A DNA stretch of 58,033 nucleotides, counting the filler, from Sphacelaria rigidula (taxonomy: Eukaryota): assembly GCA_964200075.2 (NCBI GenBank). It is 9 parts of 9 records of this genome, joined end to end, with 100 filler letters (N's around TTAATTAATTAA, not from the genome) between each part and the next. Parts side by side here need not be neighbours in the genome. Positions count along the whole stretch, not along the records: positions 19,380 to 25,738 come from CAXNAA020020544.1; positions 25,839 to 32,197 come from CAXNAA020020545.1; positions 32,298 to 38,656 come from CAXNAA020020546.1; 6 more parts are not named here. One strand, written 5' to 3'. Shown piece after piece: positions 23,119 through 35,920 of the stretch. The notes under the pieces are model-generated. The model searched no databases, was not told where the DNA came from, and saw only the letters and a program-made list of their open reading frames with translations. How positions within the stretch are numbered: the first letter of the stretch is position 1; each line of letters starts with the position of its first letter. The translations under genes were made by a program, and so were the position numbers.

Positions 23119-23373
23119 GACACTTTCTACGATAGCCCTCCCCCCCAAAAACCAGCTCAAAAGTGTCACGAAAAAAATGGCCATGAAGCGCCTGGTGCTT
23201 GGGTTCAGGCTGCATGGAGCGCCTCATACTGGCGACATTGGCTAGAACGAACCCAAACGTGGGAATTCCCAGCTGCTCGTTGTGCTCGGCTTTTTCCACT
23301 TCGATTTACGTGAAGATGTTGCCTCCCAAAACCATGCAATTTTTCGGGGGGGGGGGCTATCGTAGAAAGTGTC
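23119..23373. mobile_element. 255-bp MITE, TIR gacactttctacgatagccc
   Basis: Perfect 20-bp terminal inverted repeat. Relatives at 16787-16940 and, diverged and reversed, at ~30665-30910. Confidence 0.8.
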
Positions 23374-25328
23374 AAACCACTCAAACCAAACCCTTGCACG
23401 CGCAAAAGAAGTGGCGGAGGTGCCCGCGTCTGAGGAGGAGTAAAAACAAAACAACAAACACGCACACCAATACTGTACACAGAGACGACGCGCGCGAATA
23501 TTTAACAAATCAAAAAAAAAAAATGTGTCGACAGCACGTTCTTCACGTTTTGTATTCAATGCCAGCCCCCTGGACCGCATCCACGAGGATCATTTCCCAC
23601 GGCCACCAGCTTGCTGGCTGTCGGGAAATCAAACGTAGCACACACCGTCTATAGGACTATCAATCTGTGTGCCACACACCACATTCACAAGTACAGGCTT
23701 TGTAACTTGAGCACCCACGCAGAACCCGCGGTCGTCCGTAGCCAGTCTTCCGTGGAAGCTGTGTTCTCATTTGCTTCGGCGATAAACCAACTTCAGCTAC
23801 AACAAACGCCGCCCCCCTCATCCTTCAAAGGGCTCGTCAGGTAAGCAGCGGGGATCCCCGACAAAAAGTAGGCTGTGTTTTCCAAGTCACCCAGGGGTCG
23901 GATTTTTCTTCCTCGCGGAGCACAACCGCATATTCTTTTATTGCCCAAACATGTGTTTGGAATCTTACATGCTTCGGGCATATGTACAAGAACTCTCGTC
24001 AACCAAGCGAATCAGCGAAGTACTCCCCGTGTTGGATGGTAAAAGAGCGAACGATAATTAATCTGCACGATTTCGTTTTGTTGGCAAGGTATGGATCTTG
24101 AACCGTGTATCACTCTGCTCAAAAACATGGGGCGCAGCACTCGTCAATTGGCGAAGGTTCTGAGATTTGATTCCCGGACAGGCACTTTTTCCAGTTGTCA
24201 AGACTTGCAGAAAAATATATATTAACAGTTGTGCGCGCCAGAATAAACTGACGGCGGAAGCGAGAATAGATAACCACGAGGAGAAAAGAAACAGGAAAAA
24301 ATATTATTTTCCACCGCCAATTATCCGCAGGTTGGCGAGCACGTGGGGGCGGGTGCTGAATCATCACGTGACATTAACCTGTTGATTGTCAATTTATTGT
24401 CATTTTTCTGTCGAGTGAGTCCATGTGGGCCAATACGAAGGTTCAACCCTTGATTTCAAGGTACCCATGCTCACTCACGTGCAGCAAAAGAAGACCCCTC
24501 CAAAGCGGTTGCACTCCAAGGGGTCAATACAGGGCATTAATTACACTTTCAGCGTTCGGAGTCAACTCCGTGTCGTCGGCGTTTGAGCCACGTGGCATAA
24601 ACGCAACACCCTTCCCTCCCCCCCCTCCCTATTTCGCCGAGGTCAACGGTCATATGGCTATGGCATGCATGATCATGAGTGCACCCCCTCCCTATTTTCC
24701 CCAAACAAACACAGAAACTATTTCCCGACACATCACACATGTAATCGGTGCCTACGGATTCCAACCGAAGGAAAAGCGGGAAGCTTGAAATTATCATGCA
24801 GCAGTTTCATAATAACGGAGAGGAATTTCGCTGCATCTTTCTACTGCACGCACTGCTGTATCACTGCTACTACACGAAGTAGTAAAATATGTATGACTCC
24901 TGTTGGAATATTTCTCTAATGACAGCTGCGGCTATGTGCCACCAACGTTCGCCTTGCGCTTTTTCCCTCCTCCTCCCCCCCCTCCATCATTGTCGTCATC
25001 CATTCCATCGTTATCTTGGTCATCCTCCATATCGCCGTCGTCATCTTCGTCTATTTTCGCAAGAACCACAGATATAGGCAATGGCAGCGGAATAGATAGT
25101 GGTGAATACATATCAACGTGGTTGATTATAATAATATAAAAAAGCCGTAATAAAGGTCACTCGGGGAGTATCTTACTCAAACTCAAAACTCAAATTTGAA
25201 AACAACTTCCGCTTCGGATGTCACAAACGGATGCACCAAAAACAGCAGCGACGAACAATGCTCCTCGACATGTATATGGCGTTTGGCGTCAGAACGCCTA
25301 AACTGGTGAGGAACCGTTGGCGACTTAA

Positions 25329-25557
25329 CCCTTTTGGAACCGTTGATAGAAAAATGACGATTTACAATTGACGTTTTGTTGGGTAAGATACGGTTGTTTA
25401 TCTACAAGTGTTGATGCAGCCCATGAAAACGGTGCACCACTCTAAAGTCAAGTATACTAATGTGGCAGATTCGTGCACCGAACTCCAAGTGACGGTTTCC
25501 CGGTGACGAAAGCTCGCATATGGGACTTTGTACTGTTTTTCGCGGGCTCCAAAAGGG
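25329..25557. mobile_element. 229-bp piggyBac-type MITE with TTAA target-site duplication
   Basis: ttaa|cccttttggaacc ... ggctccaaaaggg|ttaa. A diverged relative at ~28260-28527 shares tacaattgacgtttt and cagattcgtgcaccgaact. Confidence 0.8.
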
Positions 25558-25856
25558 TTAAGCGTGGGCATGACAAGTCGCACACTAAACTCAAGCAGTC
25601 AGCGGGGGTATTTCAATCAAGTATTTCCCCCTTCCCCCCCCCTACAAGATGGTGACGCACCCGTGAGGCAGTGTAGAGGCTGTGGCTGTCTCTGGAAGTG
25701 GCGATACCACAGAATAAAGCAACTCATTCGAGGCTGTCNNNNNNNNNNNNNNNNNNNNNNNNNNNNNNNNNNNNNNNNNNNNTTAATTAATTAANNNNNN
25801 NNNNNNNNNNNNNNNNNNNNNNNNNNNNNNNNNNNNNNGTGGTCTGCATGGCTTAA

Positions 25857-26890
25857 CCCTTTTGGGACCGGGCCTCCAGAACGACCAATGAGGCTGGTCA
25901 GGAATGACGTGTCTGGCGTCTGCACGGAATAGGGGCGTGTTGCTGAACATACGCGTGGGTAACCGTAGGGTTATGACCAAGACCGAAAGTTCCAATCTAT
26001 TTTCAGGTGCAGAGTGCGCATTAGGTGGTGTACACCTAATGTAGCAAGCAGTATGGGTAGTGGTAGAGAGCTTCCAGCAGGATACGACGATCGGCGGGCC
26101 GCCCGCCACTTGTGGCTTTGGATGATACTTTTGTTCCCATCACCTTGCCACATAGCCCTTTTTGGTCGGGGTGGGCCGCCATTTCCCACCTTGTTGCATG
26201 CGGCAAATTCTCTTCCAACGGTATTAGCGTAGCGGCGCGCATGCATACAACAGTATAGTACAGTACATTGCAGTACGCCTCTCCGACTCGAGCAGCAGCT
26301 GCCGCTGCATACTCCCTTGCACGTTCTGGGCAATTCTCAGCTACCGAAATCTGCTGCCTATATACGGTTTTGTCGTCCCCGTCCACAACATACATGTGGA
26401 CTGCACACTGCAAGTCATCCGCAGAGGGATACGCAGAATCCATTACGGTACCTCCTCACGTCTTTCCACAACCCACCTGGATTTTGTGCTTCGTGAAAAT
26501 GACCACATGGTGGCATGTACACTCCTTCCCACTTTTTTTCCGGCCCACCCTGGGTTAGCGTAAATTACTACGTTTTAGTATAGAGTTGGGACCCAAAAAA
26601 CACTCCGGAAAAACTCGGGAATGGTATACTGAGTGCAAGTGATACCATAAAACCAAGCCGCGACCATCCTGCACTCGGAAACCTGGAGAGGCTTGTCTGG
26701 GCCAGGGATAGGGCCCCACACGATCTTTGCAGTGGCATCACAGTCGACAACAATCCCTGCGCTGGTCGCTTGTGTCTGGTCGATAATTTTCGCCTCGCCG
26801 TGATTGGGTAGGTCGCTCGAAGACTTATTTTTAATTATTTCATCAACACAGGGTCAACCCTGTGTTAGTGGGGGTCCGGTCCCAAAAGGG
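25857..26890 (-). mobile_element. 1034-bp internally deleted piggyBac-like element
   Basis: Perfect 15-bp TIR cccttttgggaccgg with TTAA on both sides (25853-25856 and 26891-26894). The minus-strand fragment GGTVMDSAYPS resembles the piggyBac MDNxYTS catalytic motif (weak). Confidence 0.8.
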
Positions 26891-28616
26891 TTAATACAGC
26901 ATATTTTACCCGCGTGCACCTCAGCTTCTGGCACTAGCTCTACTCTCACGACTGCAATCAATCCCCTGCTCCCACACGAGACAGTGATTTGGATCATGAC
27001 TCTAGTTCGGTTCACACTACTCTCACACTGTAGCTAGCACTTATTTTCGTCCTCTGAGGAGTGTGTGTGTGTGTATGTGTGTGTCATCCCATCTGTTCTG
27101 GACGCCAGTCTACACCTTTCGGAACATGTGACCGTATCCGCCGAGGTCACATAGGAGGAAGGCCAACACAACAGTTTTTTTTCTTTCAATCTTGTTTTTA
27201 GTACTCCGCCGTCCTTCTGTCAGGACGAGCAGCAAAACTTCCAGCTTCTTCAACACACCTCGAATTGTCTGGTGTATCCGTGTTTGAATTCTCAGGATCA
27301 TGTGTATGCTTTGCACTGTGTTGGAAGCAAGTGGCTTGAACAGCAGCAACAGTAGAAAAATCATGGCATGTTTTTCTTCGGTCAAGAACATGAAGTTCTC
27401 AACAGTTAGGCAGCCAGGTTGGGGTCCTGCGCTATACCGACAGCAAGTTCATTCGGATTCTGGCAGTGTACACTGACTCAAAATAAGTACTCGGAGGGTT
27501 TGCGCCTAACTCGTAGCCTTGATGCATAAACCCATCTCACACCTGGTACCATTCTTCGCTCAACGTCTTGCACTATACAATCGACCTTTGCCATTGGATG
27601 AAGACCACCCCCGTATCTCCGACTTCTCATCGGATCTACGTGCGTTGTCCCCAACATTTCACACCACCCCTAATCTTTTCCATCTTATTTTCATCGAACT
27701 CCAGAAGGGTAGGCGGGCGGGTGGAGAGGGGTACTCATGATGTTGTATGTCTTTTAGTCACAAGATCGTCGACCTGGCATCTCTACGAAGCCGGGACGGA
27801 GCACGCCGGGTGTTCGCCGGATCAGACTTGCACTCGATCACCAAGCGCGAAGCGCGGTGATGTATTCGGCGAGTCGCATCAAGGGTGAGCTGCATCCTGC
27901 TAACATTTTTCTGTTCAAAGCGCACTATTCATCTTGCCTGTGGATGACAGTCTTCACTGAGTTGCTTTATTTTCTGATAAAGCCACTTCCAGAGACAGCC
28001 ACGAGTTACACAGCCTCATGGGGGGGGAGGTGGGAGGAGGACTACGACGCCACGTACCGTGATGATAGCTAGGCACAAGGTAGATCCATCTCTGTAACGC
28101 AAGTTAACTACAACCAACAAACGCCCATATAGTTGTTCTTAATCCCAGTGCTTCGTAACCTACAGTGCAAAGTAGTGAAAAAGCTAAAATAGATACAAGT
28201 CAGATTCAGCTTCAGAACTCACGTTGACTCAAATCCCCCACGAGCGTTCGTTGATCTCCTCAACCTTTTCCGAACAATTGATGGATAAGTGACGACTTAC
28301 AATTGACGTTTTCTTGGGCAAGATAACAAGATACTTTTGTTTTTTTTGCACCTGTTGATGAAGCACTTCACCAAAACAATGAATCACTCCAAGTTCAAGT
28401 TATACTAATGTGACAGATTCGTGCACCGAACTTGAAGAGACGCTTTCCTTGTGACAAAAGCTCGTGCACCAGAGGGAGTTAGTTCGTGAATTCGTCACTC
28501 TTTCATCAATGGTTCCGAAAAGGTTCAGTCGATTTCAATCATAGTGGTTCTACAGAGCCGTATCCTCTTTTCTCTCCGCTCTCGCCCGGAGCACCCTCTG
28601 TCTGTTTTCTGCTCAC

Positions 28617-31544
28617 CTGCTGGAAGAACCGTGTGGCCGGCTTATCCTTCGGGAAAGCCACTTTCACTTTGCCGCCCGGCTCTCCGCCACCCTCAAAAGC
28701 CAGCGTAACACCTTTGTCAGACGCGTCCTCCGTCACCTGAAATGATACAAACAGTCGGACGAAAAGGGATTCGTCTGTAAGATTATTCGCTCTCTTGATG
28801 TAACTGATTCGTAACCGTAAGAATCAATTCCTTTGGGCTTCACTTTCAAGGATATTGATCATAGCATCGAGACTTTTTTCACAGCCGTGGTCAACTTTTT
28901 TTTTGTTTTCCCCCTAGCGGTCATGCATGAGAAATCGTATGTTCCGTGATTTTGAACCGGCAGCAATATAGAATTGTCCCACGTGTGCAACGAACGATTA
29001 GTGGTTGCGTAAAATTCACCAATACTTTAATCCAAGGGAAAAAAAGAAAGCAAAATAAATATACCGGAGCACAACTTCACGATCACTTCGATTTTTGCGG
29101 GAAGAAAGAGTCACACACAAATAATATATTGGAGGAGTGTTTTGCTAGGTGAACACTAAAACAATAACAGGGGAAAAGTAATTGAATAATTTTATGGTCA
29201 AGAAACAAGGTTTGAGGGAATATATCTGACATGTTTATCTATCTACCTTGATATATCGCGTATAGAACAGATTGCACGATATGTATGCACCTGTACGCTG
29301 CGACGGTGCCTCCAGCAAGACCCTGGATAAAACCTCCGTGAACACACAACAAGTGAACCAACCCTTCACCGTCAGGACGGTGGTTCATCTGCTGAACCGG
29401 TCATCATTTTGTAGATATTGGAGGATGACAGCAGGATCTAGACACTGATAACACCCTGACCCCTGCCTGTCAAAGGGCTATTATCATACCCGTTACTTCA
29501 CAATCATTTTAGTGTAGACGGGCGGGCGCCCCTTGCCGAATCTCGTCTCGTCACATGTACCGTTGCTGGGAGTCATCATCCAAATACCAAACGGCTCGTG
29601 ATTGGTTAATCGTGGTACATCATCCATAATACAGGCGTACAGCACCCATAGTGAACAAAACAGAAGCACGCGTCAACGGCAGCTTGAGAAAAAGGAAACA
29701 CGACGGCAATGAGTAACTGACGCAACACGCGGAGAGAACTGAAAACACAAGGTATATGCTTGTGAAAACAAAAAGAAGGGGAAAAAACACCTCGGTGCAT
29801 CTACTGCACACCTTGGGCAATGACAATGGAATCCATAGTCCAGGGTGTGATCTACTGCAGTACTGATCCTGATGACTGAAAAAAAAAAGAAGGAGAAACA
29901 AGAAACGGCCCGCCTCTTGTCTCCCCCGCTTCACTTGAGCCAACCGTACAAAAAAAAAAAGGCAAGTACTGATATACGTTCGCCGTTAATGTTTTGTAAT
30001 CATGCCCCCGGGGTCGGAATATACAATATTCCCGAGGGGCAACCACCCATACGAAAAAGCATCGTTCCTCCGCGCGCGATAGCCAGGGCATATCAGCGAT
30101 TTCTTCAGGTTTACGGTTATCACGACTCCTCACGGTTTCTGTTTTATCTCAAACTTCGCGAATCGAGAAGCATGAGTACCCAACACGAGTTTCGAAAAAA
30201 TATATATGATGCACCACCAATTTTGAATGAGATCCGTGCGCACCCGTCGATGGGGGTCCTACGAGTGTACAGCCCCCAGTTCTCGAACTTGAACATTTTT
30301 GCTTGACCGAATCGATCCCGATCGTTACAATGACGCTTCATTTGCCTTCATTTTCTCGACATTCAGTGCGACGTCGTTCCTAATTAGTGATACCTCTCAA
30401 GTAATAATTTTTAATTTGATGGAGTCATCAGGTGATAACTCCACGATGGGGATTCTTTTTTTTTTTTAGGCTTTGAACATTCGGAACAACCTCTTGAAGA
30501 CAAACATATCGGCCTCGGTGTGCAGCCCAAGAAATCTCAACAAAAATGAGCACTTCTCCGTAGAATCGCTCCACCCGAAGATGATAGAAAACGATTCCAC
30601 GGCAAGGTACACCATGGATGGAGCATGACGACCGAGACACACCTACTGCACCCATCGTATTGAGTGGTGCCGCGATAGCCCCCCGCAGGAGAAGGGCTGG
30701 TTTAAGGATGCAAAATCTACGTGACAACCAAAATGAAAAAAAGCCGAGCGCACAGATCAGCTGAGAACTCCCATGCTTGCGATCATTTTCGTCAATGTCG
30801 CCCATATGAGGGGTTTCATGAAGTCTGAAACCAGCCACGATGCGCTCTGTGGCCAACTTCCTCGTGACAGTTTTGGGGCTGCTTTGGGGGGGGTGCTATC
30901 GCGACAACACCTTGTTGTAGACACTAGCTACCACGACTACAAGGAAAGATTCCTCTGTCAAATAGATTACTGACAACAGCGCTTTAATCTTATTTTGCAT
31001 TATTTTTCCAAACTCAGGCCCCCCTCCCAAAAAAAGGGAAAGAAAAAATAGGAATTTCGAGACAGGTTGTGTGTGTGTAAGAGAGCCACTCCAAACTTTC
31101 GACAACACGAAAATTGCAAGGGAAGATACGCAGTATCATGGGAGAAATGGCTTGATTCACCCCTTGGTACCATGAGCTCGTCCCAAGAAAGGAAGGAGGG
31201 GGAGGGGGAGGGACGACAGGTTGGATAACTCCATAAGAGAACAGTCTATCCCTGGGAGGGCGGGGCGAACGGAGGAAAGAGGAGGTGTGTGTGAGTGTGT
31301 GTGAACTCAAAAAAAAAAAAGACGAAAATATCCTGCCCAGGAGGACAGAAGCAGGGAACATCGAAACAACTTACCTCTCTGAGGTTACTGAGGCGGTGAA
31401 CGATGTCCTTTTCCTTCCCTTTGCCGGACTGCACGACCAGTTTCCACTGCCCATCCACGCCGCCGCCCTCCGCTCCGCCCTTTTCCACCTCACCCCCCCT
31501 TGCCCATGCGGCCCACTGCATGGTGCTAGGTCTCGTTGGATCCA
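28617..31544 (-). CDS. Two spliced exons (31544-31375, 28736-28617) of an unknown protein, possibly a PH-like domain
   Basis: Splice sites ccag|tg, gag|gtaagt, tttcag|gtg and cag|gtgagc. The phase-0 join reads ...WKLVVQSGKGKEKDIVHRLSNLRE|VTEDASDKGVTLAFEGGGEPGGKVKVAFPKDKPATRFFQQ. Confidence 0.6.
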
Positions 31545-33316
31545 CTGGTGAATATATATATATATGTATCATATATACATATAGTTCAACACCCACAGTG
31601 CATATTACGGAACAAACGCGATACGATATGGCGCGCGAAAGCAGGGGGGGGTGTACTCATGATCTTGAATGCCAAAGTCATATGACCACTGACCTCGCAT
31701 CCCTACAAAACCGGGACGGAGCACGCGGGGTTTTCGCCGGACCAGGCTGCCGCGCGAGGGGGAGGAGGGGAGAGAGCTTGATCTCTTGCTTGGCCTGAAA
31801 GCCACTTTTCAACTTGAGCCACTCATGCTGAACTACTTATCCCTGCATTCTGCCACAGCCTCAGGCGGACAGAGCACAGTAGTGAGCGGTCCAACTGTTC
31901 AGGGGTGTCTTGGGGTTTCCTTCGCGTAATACTCTTCGATAGAATCTGAAATTGCTAGCGTCGGTAAATTTTGGTACAATAAACAGATTCTCCTTCAAAC
32001 ATGGCGCCCAAGTCAGTGTTGGTGTTATCGGGCGATACTGGTAAATACCCCGTTCATCAGGAGGGTGTTATTGACCGTGAAATCCACAACTAACACAAAA
32101 CAGACCGGTCGCCCCGGTGGCTCAGTTGGTAACCTCGCAACCTTCTAATGGTTGAGTTGTGGGGTTCGATTCCCAGAGCGATCTGGAATTTTTTCTTNNN
32201 NNNNNNNNNNNNNNNNNNNNNNNNNNNNNNNNNNNNNNNNNTTAATTAATTAANNNNNNNNNNNNNNNNNNNNNNNNNNNNNNNNNNNNNNNNNNNNATA
32301 CCTTTTCTAGGTCATTGCCTTTTTTTTTTCGTGAGTCATTGATGTTTCCCTCATATACTGATTATTGCCCTTAACTCACGAAAAAAAAAAGTTTGCGTCC
32401 CGCGCCACAGCTTTTTAGCATGTCCTCTTCTTCCTCCCTACCAAATTTCAAAGTCTGACTCGCTAAATTGAGGTGAGAAACGGCGATTTAGGAACCGGGC
32501 CGGGTGAAATTCGGAACAATATTTTCAAGGCCGTCTACCGGCCCAGGTTTGGTACTTGTGCCTTGATTCTTTGTGTGGGACCTCGCTAGGCCGTAGCCGA
32601 CCAAAAAAAGCGAGAAACGTTGATTAATATACATTCACTTGCGTAGGACGCTTAAATAAATGAAGTAAAGACCATATTTTCACGAGAAAACCCGTACCTC
32701 TTCAAAAAATGAAATAAAATGATGGGCCCATTTTTTTCTTCGGCATGCCTTTGCAATCCTCCATGATCAGTTTCAAATCTCAATTGTTGAAGTTGAACTG
32801 AAAAACTGAAATCGGGTCCGAGAGCACTGTCCATTTTCCCTAAAACTCCCCTGAAAGAAAGAAAAAAAAAATGAAGAAAAATGAAGAAAAACAAAGAACG
32901 ATGGTTTTTTTCTTCTACATGCAGTGGCGATTCTCCAAACGAAATTCCAAAGCACAACTCTAGCTGAGACGGAATATCCAGATTTAGTGCACCAAGTGCC
33001 TCTGCTCGAAATATATTGATTTTTGTATAAAAACTCATGTGCGCCATATCTCGAGACATACGACGAACTAGAGAGTTTCGGAAACAGAAAACCGGCCGGA
33101 AAAACTCAGGATCAGGATATGACGAATTCCCCTCGGTAAACCCCGAACACTGAACCCTGAGAAGAGACATGCGCAGTAACTCAGGATATATTTTCAAATT
33201 TTCAAATAAACCCTGAGTTGCTAAACACATCAAAGCGTTGGTGCCACACTCAGGGTTATGAAACGGAGCTAGACACCCTGCCCCATAACGACCCAGGTTA
33301 CAGAACACAGCCGTAG

Positions 33317-33518
33317 GACCAATATCGTACGTGAGGCGGTGGTGGATGCCGTGAACGCCCGCGACAGCGCTGGTGATGGCAGCTCGTTCATTAGGGTGAC
33401 CCAAGACTACGAGGAACACTTGGAGGCGAACGGGGAAGCCGAGACACCAGCCGACCTGGCTTATGATGATGCGAAAGGGCGGGAGTCGGCCGCTCAAGCA
33501 GCTGCTATGAGGACTTGA
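33317..33518 (+). CDS. Possible exon or transposon-derived coding fragment
   Basis: Open GC-rich frame TNIVREAVVDAVNARDSAGDGSSFIRVTQDYEEHLEANGE...AMRT* after ccgtag|. The acceptor is weak. Confidence 0.25.
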
Positions 33519-34779
33519 CAAAATGGCCACCCAACGTGAACCTTGCGTTAGCTCGCGCAGGTACACCACCGTTGTGTGGCCATTTTGTGGAGATCCTCGT
33601 AGCGACTGCATGAGTGGCCCACTTTAGCCCTTCCACGTCATTCATCTTTAGCCAGGTCGACAGGTGTCTCTGTTCCCCCTCTCGCCTCCACACAGCTAGG
33701 ATTACTGCGTATAGTGAACCTTTATTGAGAACTGCTGTACTTCTCAAAGTATGCAAACGCACACACACGGGCACGTGCACACTTTTGGTACAGACAGTTA
33801 TGGGGGTGAATAGGGCCCGATTTTGGGAACTACATATCGGTAAAATGGACCGACCACTATCCACTGCAGAAAAAATGACCCATAATCGAGCCAATCGTAT
33901 CAATCACAACTACACACATCATCTCCAAATAAAGACCTCGCTCATATGAAATGTACTCTAACTTCAGTACATTTTACAAGCCTGTGAGTGGTGGGTGTCG
34001 CGGAAGTATAGTTGCTCCGACGACTGCACTGATATATTTTTGTGTGCTTGTATCGTTCAGCTGTAGCACTCGGGAAGTACACCCCCATTACATTCCACCC
34101 CACATCCACCGTCCTTCTCAACATCAGCAGTCAAGAACATGAAAAGTGGCAGCAGTTGCGGGCGTCACCCTCAACACCAACCCCACTTAAACCCTTTTAC
34201 TCACATACCGCAAAAACGAAGCAGCACAGAATATTGAGACAATGAGCATAAGTGTCGAGTATCGTGGAACCAGTGAGAATGATGTAGACGACGTTGACGA
34301 AGATAGAGCGATTCACGCTGTGCGGCTGGGCTGCTCATTGCATACCCCGCACCTTTCTGCGATGGAGGGTTTGGAGGGCAATTACTTCGTGGGCCCCATG
34401 GGCTCAGGGTCGTGGCACGAGTGGAAGGAATCACTCTTGTGTTCTCCACTCCTGAAAGCAAACCGCCAACGGCAAACTCCACCTCTGTAACACAAGACAC
34501 AAGACGTTTGGAGCTATCAGTGTTGAACCCCCATGTTGCATTTTGTGTCATGCCGACCACCACGGCAGCGCAAAAGGAGCGCTGCGTATTCAAGGCCCCC
34601 ACATATCCATTTCACATTACATCGGCACAGAGCAGGTGCTGGAATGCGCATGTTGGCGCAAATGCCCTTGCTCACTTTNNNNNNNNNNTACATATTGTTG
34701 TTAGTGTACACAAGCGGCAGTGGCAACAAACATCATGGCTGCTGCTATTAGTCAGTGAAGTGCGGTACACCGACGATGG

Positions 34780-35920
34780 TCGAAACCGCTTTTCACACGT
34801 GGGTTTCTGCGCTTGATCCGTCCGACGTACGCTGATGCGACTTTCATGTGTGACCTTGCCCGCTGCAATCCGAGAGGTGGCGGGTACTTTCTGTTGTAAC
34901 GCAAAGTCGCTTTGCACAGCCACACAGAGAAAACCAGCACGTAGCTTCTTATCGATGTACACAGGCAGTAGTGACAGCATATTTTCTCCAATTTGTTGGG
35001 AGAATGAATTGCCCCTTGTACACTAGCGCATACAAGAAATAGGTACCACATGGCAGGACGTGAGATACATACACATCTTGCCCCATGTTGCATTGTTCAC
35101 ATATTGTTATTAGTATTCACAGTCAGTTGCGGAAAACATCATCGCTGTCTCCCGACTGTGAAAGCACCAAAGGACCGCGATAAAAATTGGGCGCACCGGC
35201 TTAGCTTATGCGCTGGACCCAACACTCTGACATGAAACAGACGCTTCAAGCTTTTCGGTGACCGCGTTGAGCCTTTCGGTGGCCGCCTCGAGTTTTTTTC
35301 GGCCTTCTCCGCGCGTTGAGGCACCACCTTGAGCTTGCGTGCGGCTATCAAGGCACAGGATAAGTGTTGGCCGATTTTTCCTTGTACGTCGTCCATGCTG
35401 CGCAGGAGGTCGCTCTTATCTTGAGTTTCGAAACACCGAACTTTTTAGAATTCCCCGTTTTTCACCTCGATAAACGCTGCTGTTCCTGAAGCCTCAAGTG
35501 CCGGTTTTTCAACGCAGATATCTCGGCAACGAAGCAGAGGGTTGGACTACGGTTTAATGCATGCGCTTCCCACACACCAGAACTTTTCAGTGCCGCGGCG
35601 GCTTCCCGTGACGCGTGCCGCGGAGCCCGCAGCACTTTGCAAACCGCCAAAATGTACTTAAAACGCGTTCTCTTCGACGTTCGGGGGCGTTTCGGATCCG
35701 CTGTGGCGAACTGAGCAAGGCCGCCGCGGCGCTGCATACATCTAGTGTGTGCGCGGGGGGCTGCCATGTTCCACAGGCCGATTTGCTTCCTGTCTCGAGA
35801 ACTATGCGATGGAAAAATTACAGCTGTCGCATACTTAACGGAGGTAACTTCGGGTGGAGCGTGTGTTCTTTTCGGCAGAGGTTCGGCACAGGTCCGACTA
35901 GTCAATGACATCTTCAATAC
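34780..35920 (-). mobile_element. Possible highly degenerate hAT transposase remnant
   Basis: Fragments GLWNMAAPRAH (BED-finger-like) and KVPATSRIAAGKVTHESR (resembles the hAT dimerisation motif PATSxxSERxFSxAG with a deletion) lie in the expected order. Many frameshifts. Confidence 0.3.

Noticed and set aside
23566..23840. Candidate + strand exon ending cag|gtaagc
   Set aside because: The donor is good and the frame is open, but there are no partner exons or motif to support a gene call.
32652..33611. 319-aa minus-strand ORF
   Set aside because: It runs through AT-rich MITE-like sequence and homopolymers, has no motif, and the opposite strand looks more coding-like in the GC-rich part.
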